Source: Acidimicrobiales bacterium
GTDB taxonomy: Bacteria > Actinomycetota > Acidimicrobiia > Acidimicrobiales > JACDCH01
Assembly: GCA_051000215.1 (NCBI GenBank)
Contig: JBPCON010000003.1
Span: 10,321 to 74,320, forward strand
Reading direction: 5' to 3'
Length of the DNA stretch: 64,000 bases
Below are positions 7,452-16,384 of this stretch, one piece after another. The notes beneath the pieces are model-generated. The model saw only the letters and a program-made list of their open reading frames with translations, was not told the origin of the DNA and made no database searches. The translations under genes and the position numbers were made by a program. How positions within the stretch are numbered: position 1 is the first letter of the stretch; each line of letters starts with the position of its first letter.

Positions 7452-9797
7452 CTAACGGGGGAGCTCGATGACCTCGATGGCAGGTGCATCGCGGCGTGCG
7501 CGCGGCCGTCGCCCGGCCCCGCGGCGGCGTCCGGCGGCCATGCGTCGGTCACGCGGGCGGGGATCGAGGTCGGCGAGCCAGCGCTGCTTGGGCGAGACCG
7601 TCGCCCGCACGTCGGCCTCGATGCCGTCAGCGATCGTCAAGGCCTCGCGGGCGTCGTCGGGTCCGACGCTGACATCGGCGTACTCCGCAGCCCCGAGGAG
7701 CTCGGCCAGCCGCTCCCATCGACCGTGCTCGGCAACTTGGTCGACGCGCCCGGCGAACTCGACCGGCGTCTCTGAGCGAGCAGGCACCAACCCGAGGAGC
7801 GCGATGGCATCGACTCCCTCCTCCCATGCAACGCCGACCTGCTGATCGGGGAGCGTCGCTGCCGCCCGACGAGCGCGCCGGCGGTGCCGGTTCAGCGCCG
7901 GCACGCCGAGGGCGTAGCCGCCGCCCAGCAGGAGCAAGGCGAGCACCGCGAGACCGAGTCGCCCATACCACCGCGACCACAGCGGAGCCTCCGGCTCGAT
8001 GCGCCCGCTGATCGGCGGGAAGATCGAGCGCGGCGACGGCGCGGTCGCCGCATCGGAGGGAACGGTCGTCGCCGGTACCTGGGTCGTCGCCGGTACCAAC
8101 GTGGTCGAGCTCGACCCGTCGCCGCTCGACTGCTCCTCGGGGACGTGGGTGTACTGCTCTGCGTTCGGGATGCCGCGGCCCGGTGTGGGTTCGAACGGCA
8201 CCCAGCCCTGCCCGTCGATGTACACCTCGGGCCAGGCGTGGGCGTGGGTGCCCTTGACGTGGAGGAGCCCTGCGTCGCTGGCATCGGGCTCGCCCGGCGT
8301 GAAGCCGACGGCGACGCGTGCAGGTGTGCCGATCGAGCGCGCCATCGCAGCGAAGGTGCCGGCGAACTGCTGGCAATACCCCTTGCGGCTGTTGAGGAAC
8401 TCGTCGATGGCCGAGACGCTGTTGTCGAGAGTGACCGTCTGGTCGTAGCTGAACGTGGTGCGCAACCAGGTCTGCAGCGCGAGAGCCTTGTCGTACGACG
8501 TGCTGAGCCCGTTGGTGAGCGCCGCCGCCTGCGCTGCGGCCTGCGGGCTGAAGTCCGCGGGGAGCGCGAGGTCGTCACGACGAACAGCTTCGGGTAGGTC
8601 GGTGCCGGCCGCCTCGAGCGCAGCGGGGTCGAAGATGGGGTACACCGACTCCACCGTGTAGTTCGTGCCGCGCGCAGAGAGCGACGCGCCGCCGATGATC
8701 AGCGTGCTCAGCTGCGACGACCACGTGACCTTCGCGTCGGACTTCACCTTCTTGGGCTCGAACGCCGCAGGCAGCCATGGCGTGTCGAGCGCGGTGATGG
8801 TGATGTTCTGGGTGATCCCGAGGGTCGATCCGGCGCGATCGATGTCAGACGGCAGGGTCCCGCCCGCACCGCTGTAACTGCCGTTCGACTGCCACGAGTT
8901 GCCGTCGAACTGATCGAGCGCCGTCAGTCGCCAATAGGCCCGCTGATCGGCGCGCACGGTGAAGAGCTCCTCGTTGGACTGTTCGAGGAGATGCTTGCGG
9001 ATCTCGATGAGCGGGCTGACCACCGACCGCGACGGCCCGTCACCGAACGCATCGCCTCTGCGCACGTTCCAGATCGCCTTGCTGTTGCTGCCGGGCAGGA
9101 GCGGGCCGGCGATGGTGGCAGCGAAGGCGGCGATCACGACCACCAGCGCGCCGCTGCGCAACAAGGTGCCCGGGCCGTCGCTGCCTGCCCGTCCGATCCA
9201 GCCGACGCTCGCCTGCTGATGGGCGACGCGATGCGCGAGAAGGAACGCGAGTGCGACGAGGACGAAGAGGCCGGTCAGGGGCACTTGGGCCCGGGGTTCC
9301 CCGAGCAACGACCCGAAGATGAAGACCGACCCGACCGGGACGAGCGCCTCGAAGCCGAAGCGCAGCCGGAACGCTGCCCAGTCGGCGACGAGCGCCGCCC
9401 ACCACACGAACAATCCTGCTGCCAAGAGCAGCGGTCTGGTCACCGGGGCAGGCGGGCGCACGGCGTTGAAATCGTCGAATGCGCGGCTCAGATCCATGCG
9501 CATCGAGTCGAACGTGCTGAACGATGGGATGCCGAACGTCGTCGTCGACCAGTACAGGGCGACCGCGCTGACGATGGTGAGCGCAACAAGCGACACGGCG
9601 ACGACGACGGCCATCGACCAACCCCTGCGACGGCCGAGGATGCCGATCGCGTGGGAGGCGACAGCGAAGGCGGTGAGGCGCCAGAAGAACCCCCATCCGG
9701 CGAACAGCCGCCAGAAGCCTGCGACGGCGAGCACCGACAAGGCGACGAGCAGCGCGTCGGCGATCTGGTCGATGGACTTCGCTTCGCGTGCCGTCAT
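7452..9797 (-). CDS. transglutaminase-like membrane protein (TgpA-type, DUF4129-like C-terminal region)
   Basis: ATG at 9797 (residue 195 of ORF 7452..10379). N-terminal multi-TM region and transglutaminase core (GYCQQFAGTFAAMARS ... HAHAWPEVYIDGQGWVPFEPTP). ATGA overlap with the upstream DUF58 stop. Confidence 0.85.
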   Translation of the reverse strand: MTAREAKSIDQIADALLVALSVLAVAGFWRLFAGWGFFWRLTAFAVASHAIGILGRRRGWSMAVVVAVSLVALTIVSAVALYWSTTTFGIPSFSTFDSMRMDLSRAFDDFNAVRPPAPVTRPLLLAAGLFVWWAALVADWAAFRLRFGFEALVPVGSVFIFGSLLGEPRAQVPLTGLFVLVALAFLLAHRVAHQQASVGWIGRAGSDGPGTLLRSGALVVVIAAFAATIAGPLLPGSNSKAIWNVRRGDAFGDGPSRSVVSPLIEIRKHLLEQSNEELFTVRADQRAYWRLTALDQFDGNSWQSNGSYSGAGGTLPSDIDRAGSTLGITQNITITALDTPWLPAAFEPKKVKSDAKVTWSSQLSTLIIGGASLSARGTNYTVESVYPIFDPAALEAAGTDLPEAVRRDDLALPADFSPQAAAQAAALTNGLSTSYDKALALQTWLRTTFSYDQTVTLDNSVSAIDEFLNSRKGYCQQFAGTFAAMARSIGTPARVAVGFTPGEPDASDAGLLHVKGTHAHAWPEVYIDGQGWVPFEPTPGRGIPNAEQYTHVPEEQSSGDGSSSTTLVPATTQVPATTVPSDAATAPSPRSIFPPISGRIEPEAPLWSRWYGRLGLAVLALLLLGGGYALGVPALNRHRRRARRAAATLPDQQVGVAWEEGVDAIALLGLVPARSETPVEFAGRVDQVAEHGRWERLAELLGAAEYADVSVGPDDAREALTIADGIEADVRATVSPKQRWLADLDPRPRDRRMAAGRRRGAGRRPRARRDAPAIEVIELPR

Positions 9798-10999
9798 GAC
9801 CGACTGCCCGCCCCTGCTCGGATCGAGGCGAGCGGATGCATCGCCCCGTTCCACGCGTCGGGGAACGGCACTTGTGCAGTCGCTCGCACGAAGGTCGCGG
9901 TCGATGTGGCAGCAGGCCCCGTCGCACCGGGCTCCCACGCGCTGCGATCGAAGAGCACGACGGTGGCCTGCCCGAACCGCGATCGAAGACCGCCGAGCAC
10001 GGCGAGGTCGGGGTCGCTCACCGCGGCGGCGACGATGATCAGCGCACCGGTCTGGCCGCCGGCTGCGATCGAGTCGAGCGAACCGCGCAACGACCCCTCG
10101 GCGCACGCCTGGACCACGGCGAGGTGCTCCATGATCGCCTCTACATGACCCATGCCGGCCGCGAAGCCGAAGTCGGTCCCCTCGGTCGTGAGGAACCGGA
10201 CGAGGTCGCGGCGCTTCCAGCTGGCCGTCACGATCGACGCAGCTGCCGACACGGCCAGCTCGAGCGACTCGGGCGTGTGCGCGCTGCGGCGCACGTCGAG
10301 CAGCACGGTCACGCGCCCCTGCCACGGGGCTTCGTCCTGGCGAACCATCAGCTCGTCGCGTCGCGCGGTCGATGGCCAATGCACCTTGCGCAGGTCGTCG
10401 CCGACCACGTACTGGCGCAGCGCATAGAAGTCGTCTCCGCTACGACCCAACGCCGAGGGGTGCTCGGCGCCTGCGTGCGGGTCGTCGCCGCGGGTGTGAC
10501 GAGCCGGGACGATGTCGTCGACGTGAGGGAACACGGTGAGCTCGGCGCGAGGGGCAGCGCCGGTGGCCGACTCGGCGAGACCGAAGGGATCGCCGATCAC
10601 GACCTCGAGCGGGCCGACCGCGACGATCCCGCGCCTGTCGGTTGGGAGCCGGTACGCGGCGCGGGCAACACCCTCTGGCGGCAGTGGGGCGACGAGCAGG
10701 TCGGCTCCGCGCGTGCCCGACACTGGGTCGTAGACCCGCAGCACTGGGGTTCGACGGGCGGCGTCGTTGCGGATCGTGAGCTCGACGCGGCTGATCGTGC
10801 CGGCGTAGACCCGCCGGGGTGTGAGATCGCGACCAACGGCGAGACGCAGGCGCGCGCCGCGGACGAGCACCGCTGCAACAACGACGATCGCCCACGCGCC
10901 AGCGCCCATGACGAAGAGCTCGAGGCGCCCGAAGAGTCGACCCATCCCCACGAGCACGGCCCCGGCGGCGAGGAACATCCAGCCTTGGCGGGTCAACAC
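9794..10999 (-). CDS. DUF58 domain protein
   Basis: ORF 9794..11095. Two N-terminal TM helices, then GDDFYALRQYVVGDDLRKVHWPSTARRDELMVRQ, the DUF58 signature. Start set to in-frame GTG at 10999, just after the MoxR stop; exact start is uncertain. Confidence 0.82.
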   Translation of the reverse strand: MLTRQGWMFLAAGAVLVGMGRLFGRLELFVMGAGAWAIVVVAAVLVRGARLRLAVGRDLTPRRVYAGTISRVELTIRNDAARRTPVLRVYDPVSGTRGADLLVAPLPPEGVARAAYRLPTDRRGIVAVGPLEVVIGDPFGLAESATGAAPRAELTVFPHVDDIVPARHTRGDDPHAGAEHPSALGRSGDDFYALRQYVVGDDLRKVHWPSTARRDELMVRQDEAPWQGRVTVLLDVRRSAHTPESLELAVSAAASIVTASWKRRDLVRFLTTEGTDFGFAAGMGHVEAIMEHLAVVQACAEGSLRGSLDSIAAGGQTGALIIVAAAVSDPDLAVLGGLRSRFGQATVVLFDRSAWEPGATGPAATSTATFVRATAQVPFPDAWNGAMHPLASIRAGAGSRS

Positions 11000-11018
11000 C
11001 AGAGATGCCCGCGCATGG

Positions 11019-11990
11019 TTACTTCGATCGCCCGGCCGGGACCGGCACGCTCTGGAGCACCTCGCGGAGCACGTCGGCCGAGCGCGCGCCGGCAAGTTGG
11101 GCCTCGGGCGTGACGACGAGGCGATGGGCGAGGACCGCCTCGGCGAGCGCTTTGATGTCGTCTGGTACGACGTAGTTGCGCCCAGCGGCCGCAGCGCGCG
11201 ACTTCGACGCCCTCTGCAAGTTCAGCACCGCTCGCGGCGACATGCCCAGCGCCATGCGCTGGTGGCGGCGGGTGGCGTCGGCCACCTCGACCAGGTAGCC
11301 CTTGAGGCTCGGCGCCATGTGCACCGCCCGCGTGGCCGCGACCATCGAGCGAACATCGCTCAAGCGGGCGACGGCACCGATCTCCTCGAGGGCGTCGACG
11401 TCGCCGTGAGCGTCGAGCATCCGCACCTCGGCTTCGGCAGCGGGGTAGCCGACCGAGACCCGCATGAAGAACCGGTCGAGTTGGCTCTCGGGCAACGGGT
11501 AAGTGCCCTCGTGCTCGATCGGGTTCTGCGTGGCGATCACCATGAACGGCGCCTCGAGCGGGTATGTGGTCCCGTCGACGGTGACCTGGCGCTCAGCCAT
11601 CGACTCGAGCAGGGCCGACTGTGTCTTCGGCGAGGCGCGGTTGATCTCGTCGCCGAGAAGCATGTGGTTGAACACCGGGCCGGGGCGGAAGTCGAAACCG
11701 CTGTTGGAACGGTTGTAGACGCTCACGCCGACAACGTCCGACGGCAGCAGATCCGGCGTGAACTGCACGCGGCCGAAGCTGCATTGGATGGAGGCCGCCA
11801 GCGCCTTGGCGAGGCTGGTCTTGCCCACCCCGGGCACGTCCTCGACGAGGAGGTGGCCTTCGGACAGCAGGCAAAGCAGGGCCAGTTGGATGACCTCGGT
11901 CTTGCCCTGGATGACGCGTTCGACGTTGGCGACGATGCTCGCGAAGCCCTGGGCGAAGGCTGCGGTGGGTTCGAGCGTCTGCCTGGACAT
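11019..11990 (-). CDS. MoxR-family AAA+ ATPase
   Basis: ATG at 11990 (residue 187 of ORF 11019..12548). Walker A GVPGVGKT, Walker B LLGDEINRASPKTQSALLE, and ATQNPIEHEGTYPLPESQLDRF. Confidence 0.93.
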   Translation of the reverse strand: MSRQTLEPTAAFAQGFASIVANVERVIQGKTEVIQLALLCLLSEGHLLVEDVPGVGKTSLAKALAASIQCSFGRVQFTPDLLPSDVVGVSVYNRSNSGFDFRPGPVFNHMLLGDEINRASPKTQSALLESMAERQVTVDGTTYPLEAPFMVIATQNPIEHEGTYPLPESQLDRFFMRVSVGYPAAEAEVRMLDAHGDVDALEEIGAVARLSDVRSMVAATRAVHMAPSLKGYLVEVADATRRHQRMALGMSPRAVLNLQRASKSRAAAAGRNYVVPDDIKALAEAVLAHRLVVTPEAQLAGARSADVLREVLQSVPVPAGRSK

Positions 11991-12048
11991 CCGCCGTACT
12001 CTACGGAGTCGCCTTGTGCGTAAGGGCGCACGCCGCGACAGTGCTCGG

Positions 12049-12963
12049 GTGCCGAGCCCATCTCCACGCGCCGGTGCGCTGGCGCTGGCCGTCGACATCG
12101 GCGGCACGAAGCTCGCAGCGGCGCTCGTCAATGGTGCCGGTGTCGTGCGAGCGACTACTCGACATTCGGTTCCCACGCCAGGGAGCGGCCACCCCGAGGT
12201 GCTCTGGTCGGCGCTCGCCGCGCTCGTCGAGCAGGTCGTCGAGCCCAGCGCGTCGGAGATCGAGGTGTGCGGCGTCGGCTGCGGCGGCCCGATGGAGTGC
12301 GGCGGCGAGCGGGTGTCCCCGCTCAACATCCCGGCGTGGCGAGGCTTCCCGCTCCGAGCGCGACTCGCTGATCTACTCGGCGACGGTCTCGCGGTGGCCG
12401 TCGACAACGATGCGAAGGCGCTCGCGCTCGGCGAGGGCTGGGTCGGGGCCGCCGCGGGCGGGCGCGCCTTTCTCGCCATGGTTGTCTCGACCGGCGTCGG
12501 TGGTGGCATCGTGCTCGACGGGCGCCTCCTCGAGGGGTCTGACGGCAATGCCGGTCACATCGGTCACGTCATCGTCGAGCCAGCGGGACGCCTTTGCGTG
12601 TGCGGGGCGAGGGGGTGCCTGGAGGCCGAGGCATCCGGCTCGGCCATCCGGCGCCAGATCGGGGCGGACCCGGCACGCGCTCCGATCGAGGTGCGGCAGC
12701 GCGCGGGCCGGCTCGTCGGGCGTGCGGTGGCCAGCGTGGCCAACTTGCTCGACCTGCGCCTCGCCGTCGTCGCCGGCTCCGTTGCGTTGGGCTATGGCGC
12801 GCCCTTCTTCGAGGCGGCGCAAGGAGAGCTCGACGCGTCGGCGCGCCTCGAGTTCTCGCGGGGCGCTCGCATCGTTCCCGCGGGACTGGGTGCCGACGGT
12901 CCACTCGTCGGCGCTGCCGCCGTTGGCCTTCGCGCCGCTGGCCGCGACCTCGGGATCAAGTAG
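12049..12963 (+). CDS. ROK family sugar kinase/regulator (glucokinase-like)
   Basis: C-terminal part of ORF 11758..12963. AVDIGGTK, NDAKALALGE, GNAGHIGH and CVCGARGCLEA (ROK zinc motif). Start at GTG 12049, or alternatively GTG 12016. Confidence 0.8.
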   Translation: MPSPSPRAGALALAVDIGGTKLAAALVNGAGVVRATTRHSVPTPGSGHPEVLWSALAALVEQVVEPSASEIEVCGVGCGGPMECGGERVSPLNIPAWRGFPLRARLADLLGDGLAVAVDNDAKALALGEGWVGAAAGGRAFLAMVVSTGVGGGIVLDGRLLEGSDGNAGHIGHVIVEPAGRLCVCGARGCLEAEASGSAIRRQIGADPARAPIEVRQRAGRLVGRAVASVANLLDLRLAVVAGSVALGYGAPFFEAAQGELDASARLEFSRGARIVPAGLGADGPLVGAAAVGLRAAGRDLGIK

Positions 12964-12979
12964 GCGGGAGCGAGCTCGC

Positions 12980-14254
12980 TCAGCTCGTTCGCTCGAGGCG
13001 GCGCTCGATCGCGTCGGAGGCGACGGTCACGCCGGCCTCGCCGCTGAGCTCCTTCGCGAACGCCGCAGCGCGACGCGAGTAGCGGTCGTCGGTGCAGACA
13101 TCGCTCAGCGCGTCCCAGAGCCGTTCGGCGCGGCGGCGGGTCGGCACATGGCGACCCAGCCCGAGCGCCTCGGTGCGCTTCGCGTTCCAGACCTGGTCGA
13201 ACAGGAACGGCACGGTCACCACCGGCACACCGGCGACGAGTGCTGCAGCGTTGGTCCCGTGGCTTCCGGACTGCACCAGGGCCCGACACCTGGGAAGGAC
13301 CGCGGTGAGCGGCGCGAACGCGAACACGCCCGGGCGATCGCGCATCGATGGCGCGACGTTGTCGAGGCGACCCGTCAGGAACAGCCCGCGCTGGCCGAGA
13401 TCGTCGAGGCGAACCGCGACCGCCTCGAACACCTTCGAGGCCACCGAAGCCGCAGACGTCCCGAGCGCGACGAGGACGGGCGGTTCCCCTTCGGCGAGGA
13501 AGGCCTCGACGTCGGGGTGCAGTGGAGCGTCAGCCGGGCCGTCCCAGAGCGTGAAGCCTGTCGTGGTCCACGACGGCTCCCAGTCGGCCGGAGGCGGGGT
13601 GTAGTGGGGGGAGGCCAGCACCAGCATCCCGTCGTGCAGAGCTGAGCACAGGGCCGCAGCGCGGATCGGCTCGAGGCCGAGCTCGGCGCGATAGCCGTTG
13701 ACCGCGCTGTCGAACATCATGGTCCGCACGCCGATCATGGCGAGCGACCAGAGCCGGCGGTTGAGCCGGGCATTGCGGAAGGGGGGGAAGCCCGGTGGCG
13801 GTCGCTCGGCTGTCGGCAACATGATCGGGAAGAGGTGCCCCGTCACCATCGGGATGCCGAGGCGGTCCGACGCGATCCTCGTCGCGACACCTGCGGTCGG
13901 GTGGGTCACGAAGAGATCCGCGCCATCGCCTGCATCGCTCAAGGCCTCCACCCCGCTGCGCAGGTACGGCACAACGAACTCCTTGACGAAGTAGCGCCCG
14001 GTCAGCGCCCCGGCGAGCGTCATGCCCCGCTTGCCCACCATGTGATCGTGCTCCGCGTCGCCAGCCACATGGTCGGGGGTGAACGGGTTGCCACTGTCAG
14101 CGAGGGCGAAGCGCTCACCACCGAGCAAGGCCTGGAAGCCGACAGGAAGGGCGTAGGTGACGTCGTGACCCCGCCGGACGAGCTCGTTCGCGATCGGCAC
14201 GTACGGCGCGACGTCACCGAGGTAGCCCGCGCTGTGGAACACGATCCTCGACAA
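12980..14254 (-). CDS. GT1-family glycosyltransferase (MGT/UDP-glycosyltransferase-like)
   Basis: ORF 12980..14290. N-terminal RIVFHSAGYLGDVAPYVPIA and C-terminal SGSHGTNAAALVAGVPVVTVPFLFDQ are typical GT-B/GT1 motifs. TTG 14254 preferred as start. Confidence 0.8.
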   Translation of the reverse strand: MSRIVFHSAGYLGDVAPYVPIANELVRRGHDVTYALPVGFQALLGGERFALADSGNPFTPDHVAGDAEHDHMVGKRGMTLAGALTGRYFVKEFVVPYLRSGVEALSDAGDGADLFVTHPTAGVATRIASDRLGIPMVTGHLFPIMLPTAERPPPGFPPFRNARLNRRLWSLAMIGVRTMMFDSAVNGYRAELGLEPIRAAALCSALHDGMLVLASPHYTPPPADWEPSWTTTGFTLWDGPADAPLHPDVEAFLAEGEPPVLVALGTSAASVASKVFEAVAVRLDDLGQRGLFLTGRLDNVAPSMRDRPGVFAFAPLTAVLPRCRALVQSGSHGTNAAALVAGVPVVTVPFLFDQVWNAKRTEALGLGRHVPTRRRAERLWDALSDVCTDDRYSRRAAAFAKELSGEAGVTVASDAIERRLERTS

Positions 14255-14280
14255 GGGGGCGAGAGTAGGTTGCCCGGTCC

Positions 14281-14550
14281 ATGCGACCAAAGGTGATCGT
14301 GGCTGTCGCTCGGCACCCCTCGCTGTGGGTGACCGCGGTTGTCCAAGGGTTGCGGCTCGTGCCTCGTCGATGGTGGGCGCGCTCGCCTTTCCTGCCGGTG
14401 CCAGATCGCGCGTATCTGCGCTTCCGCCTCGAGACGCAGTACGGGGGTGCCGGCGAGCTCGGGCCTGACCCGGCCGACGTGATCACGTGGCTGATGTGGT
14501 GCAAGCAGGCCGATGAAACGCGGCGCCCCCGGTTCGGAGCGCGGAAGTAG
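14281..14550 (+). CDS. hypothetical protein (89 aa)
   Basis: ATG ORF with GC-rich third codon positions, immediately upstream of the HNH gene on the same strand. No recognisable motif. Confidence 0.45.
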   Translation: MRPKVIVAVARHPSLWVTAVVQGLRLVPRRWWARSPFLPVPDRAYLRFRLETQYGGAGELGPDPADVITWLMWCKQADETRRPRFGARK

Positions 14551-14563
14551 CCTGCCTCCCACT

Positions 14564-15067
14564 ATGAGCACTCGGGCGCTCGTGCTGAACGCGTCGTACG
14601 AGCCGCTCACCGTTGTGTCCGCCCGACGGGCCGTCGTGCTCGTCATCGGCCAGAAGGCCGAGCTCGTCTCGGGCAGCGGCGTCGTCCTGCACAGCGAGCG
14701 GCTGGCTGTGCAGGTGCCGTCGGTCGTCCGCCTGCGCCAGTTCGTCTCGATCCCGTTCCGGCGCCGGGTCGCGGTCAGCCGCCGAGCGGTCATGGCTCGC
14801 GATTCCCACACCTGCCAGTACTGCGGCGAGCGCGCTGACTCGATCGACCACGTCGTACCCCGCTCGAAGGGCGGTGCGCACAGCTGGGACAACGTGGTGG
14901 CCGCGTGCCGGCCGTGCAACGTGCGCAAGCGAGACAGGCTGTTGCACGAGACTTCGATGCGCCTGCACAACCGACCCCGGGCCCCCCTGGGCGCGTCGTG
15001 GTCCATCCTCGCCACCGGTGTCGTCCCCGACGAGTGGGGCCCGTACCTGCTCGACGCTGCTGTCTGA
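14564..15067 (+). CDS. HNH endonuclease family protein
   Basis: ATG 14564 inside ORF 14513..15067. CQYCG...DHVVPRSKGGAHSWDNVVAACRPCNVRK is an HNH/McrA-type motif. Confidence 0.85.
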   Translation: MSTRALVLNASYEPLTVVSARRAVVLVIGQKAELVSGSGVVLHSERLAVQVPSVVRLRQFVSIPFRRRVAVSRRAVMARDSHTCQYCGERADSIDHVVPRSKGGAHSWDNVVAACRPCNVRKRDRLLHETSMRLHNRPRAPLGASWSILATGVVPDEWGPYLLDAAV

Positions 15068-15071
15068 CCAG

Positions 15072-15719
15072 GTGGCAAGCTGGGCGATCGAGGAGCTCGC
15101 CGGCGCCGCTGGCGAGCTGCACGCGCTCGATGTGGCTCAGCAGATCTCGCGCACGGCGGTGCTGCTGCGCTTCGATCGCCCGTCGATCGTGCTCGGCTCG
15201 ACCCAACCACAGGTGCACGGCTCGGTCCCTGCTGGCGTCGACGTCGTGCGTCGTCGCAGCGGTGGGGGAGCGGTCTGGTTGCCGCTCGGCGGGGCGCTCT
15301 GGGTGGACGTCTTGCTGCCGCGCCATGACCCGTTGTGGACCGACGACATCAGCTCCAGCGGCATCTGGCTCGGCGAAGCCTGGGCGGCGGCGCTCGCCAG
15401 CATCGGCGAGAGCGACGCCACCGTGCATCGCGGCGCGATGGTGCGCCATGAGCTCGCAGCGTCGTTCTGCTTCGCCGGTCTCGCGCCCGGCGAGGTGACG
15501 CGAGGCGTCGAGGGCCCGAAGCTGGTCGGTGTCAGCCAGCGCCGCACCCGCGCCAGCGCGCGCTTCCAGTGCATCGCGTATGCCACCTGGGATGCGGCCT
15601 TGCTGGCGCGTGCCGTCGACGTGGCGCTCGACGCTGTGGCCGGCGTCGGCGCCGGCGTCGGCGACGGGCGGCTCCCCGCGCTCGAGGCAGCGTTCCTCGC
15701 AGCGCTCGGGGCGGTGTGA
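15072..15719 (+). CDS. biotin/lipoate A/B protein ligase family protein (catalytic domain only)
   Basis: GTG 15072, in frame with ORF 14613..15719. VVRRRSGGGAVWLPLGGALWVDVLLP and KLVGVSQRRTR resemble the LplA/LipB catalytic-domain core. Confidence 0.65.
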   Translation: MASWAIEELAGAAGELHALDVAQQISRTAVLLRFDRPSIVLGSTQPQVHGSVPAGVDVVRRRSGGGAVWLPLGGALWVDVLLPRHDPLWTDDISSSGIWLGEAWAAALASIGESDATVHRGAMVRHELAASFCFAGLAPGEVTRGVEGPKLVGVSQRRTRASARFQCIAYATWDAALLARAVDVALDAVAGVGAGVGDGRLPALEAAFLAALGAV

Positions 15720-15774
15720 GTCGAACACGTGTACCCGGAGTGCGTCGTCGCGCCTTGAAAGTTGCTGGAATGCC

Positions 15775-15803
15775 TTGACCGGTGGGTGACAGTGGCTTAC
15801 GGT
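15775..15803 (+). promoter_or_regulatory. candidate dcw/mraZ promoter (-35 TTGACC, 17-bp spacer, -10 TACGGT)
   Basis: TTGACC at 15775-15780 and TACGGT (TANNNT class) at 15798-15803, about 60 bp upstream of the mraZ GTG. No experimental support. Confidence 0.45.
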
Positions 15804-15820
15804 GGAGCGCAGTGGAGAGC
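15781..15820 (+). promoter_or_regulatory. four direct RGTGG repeats with exact 10-bp phasing (candidate MraZ operator)
   Basis: Sequence reads ggtgggtgac agtggcttac ggtggagcgc agtggagagc. The array overlaps the putative spacer and -10. MraZ proteins are known to bind phased G-rich direct repeats at their own promoter. Confidence 0.55.
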
Positions 15821-15861
15821 AGAGGGACGGTCCGTGCACTCCGGGGAAGGACAGTCAGCCC

Positions 15862-16299
15862 GTGTTCACCGGCAAGCACGATCGGTCGCTCGACGACAAG
15901 TGGCGCCTCGTGCTGCCGGCGTCGTTCCGGCGTCCGTTCGAGGACGGTGGTGGCCGGCTGGCCCCGGGCGACCGTTGCCTGGCGCTGTTCACCGAGGACG
16001 AGTTCGCGGGGGTCATGAATCGCATGGTGGAGAAGTCCCGTAGTGACGAGGCCGACGATGCAGTCGTCGATGCTGTGCGCCTGTTCAACGGCCTCACCGT
16101 ACCGGTGCAGCTCGACAGCCAGGGCCGGTTCGTGCTCGGCGAGGAGCACAGGGCGTACGCCGGGCTTGCACGGGACGTGATGGTCGTTGGTCAGAACGAC
16201 CGCATCGAGATCTGGGATGCCGGTGCATACCGCGTGCTCGAGGAGGCGCAGCCGGCGGCCGACGTCTCGGCGACCCTGCGACGCATGAGGGTCTTCTGA
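15862..16299 (+). CDS. mraZ: transcriptional regulator MraZ
   Basis: GTG 15862 inside ORF 15802..16299, with a GGGGAAGGA SD upstream. VFTGKHDRSLDDKWRLVLPASFR and QLDSQGRFVLGEEHRAYAGL are the two MraZ/SpoVT-AbrB repeats. Confidence 0.9.
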   Translation: MFTGKHDRSLDDKWRLVLPASFRRPFEDGGGRLAPGDRCLALFTEDEFAGVMNRMVEKSRSDEADDAVVDAVRLFNGLTVPVQLDSQGRFVLGEEHRAYAGLARDVMVVGQNDRIEIWDAGAYRVLEEAQPAADVSATLRRMRVF

Positions 16300-16384
16300 C
16301 CGCAACGCCCGACGACCACGCCACGAGCACGACACGACGACCACGAAGGAGGACCAGAGCGAAAAACGGACACACGAGAGCGAC

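Noticed and set aside
8187-8196. gggttcgaac, resembling a tRNA T-arm
   Set aside because: It lies inside the transglutaminase coding region, and no acceptor, D or anticodon stems can be drawn around it.
12968-12981. Perfect 14-bp palindrome GAGCGAGCTCGCTC between the convergent ROK and GT1 genes, considered as a terminator
   Set aside because: With no loop, the usable stem is only about 5 bp. There is no U-tract, and the palindrome overlaps the GT1 stop codon. It is too weak to call.
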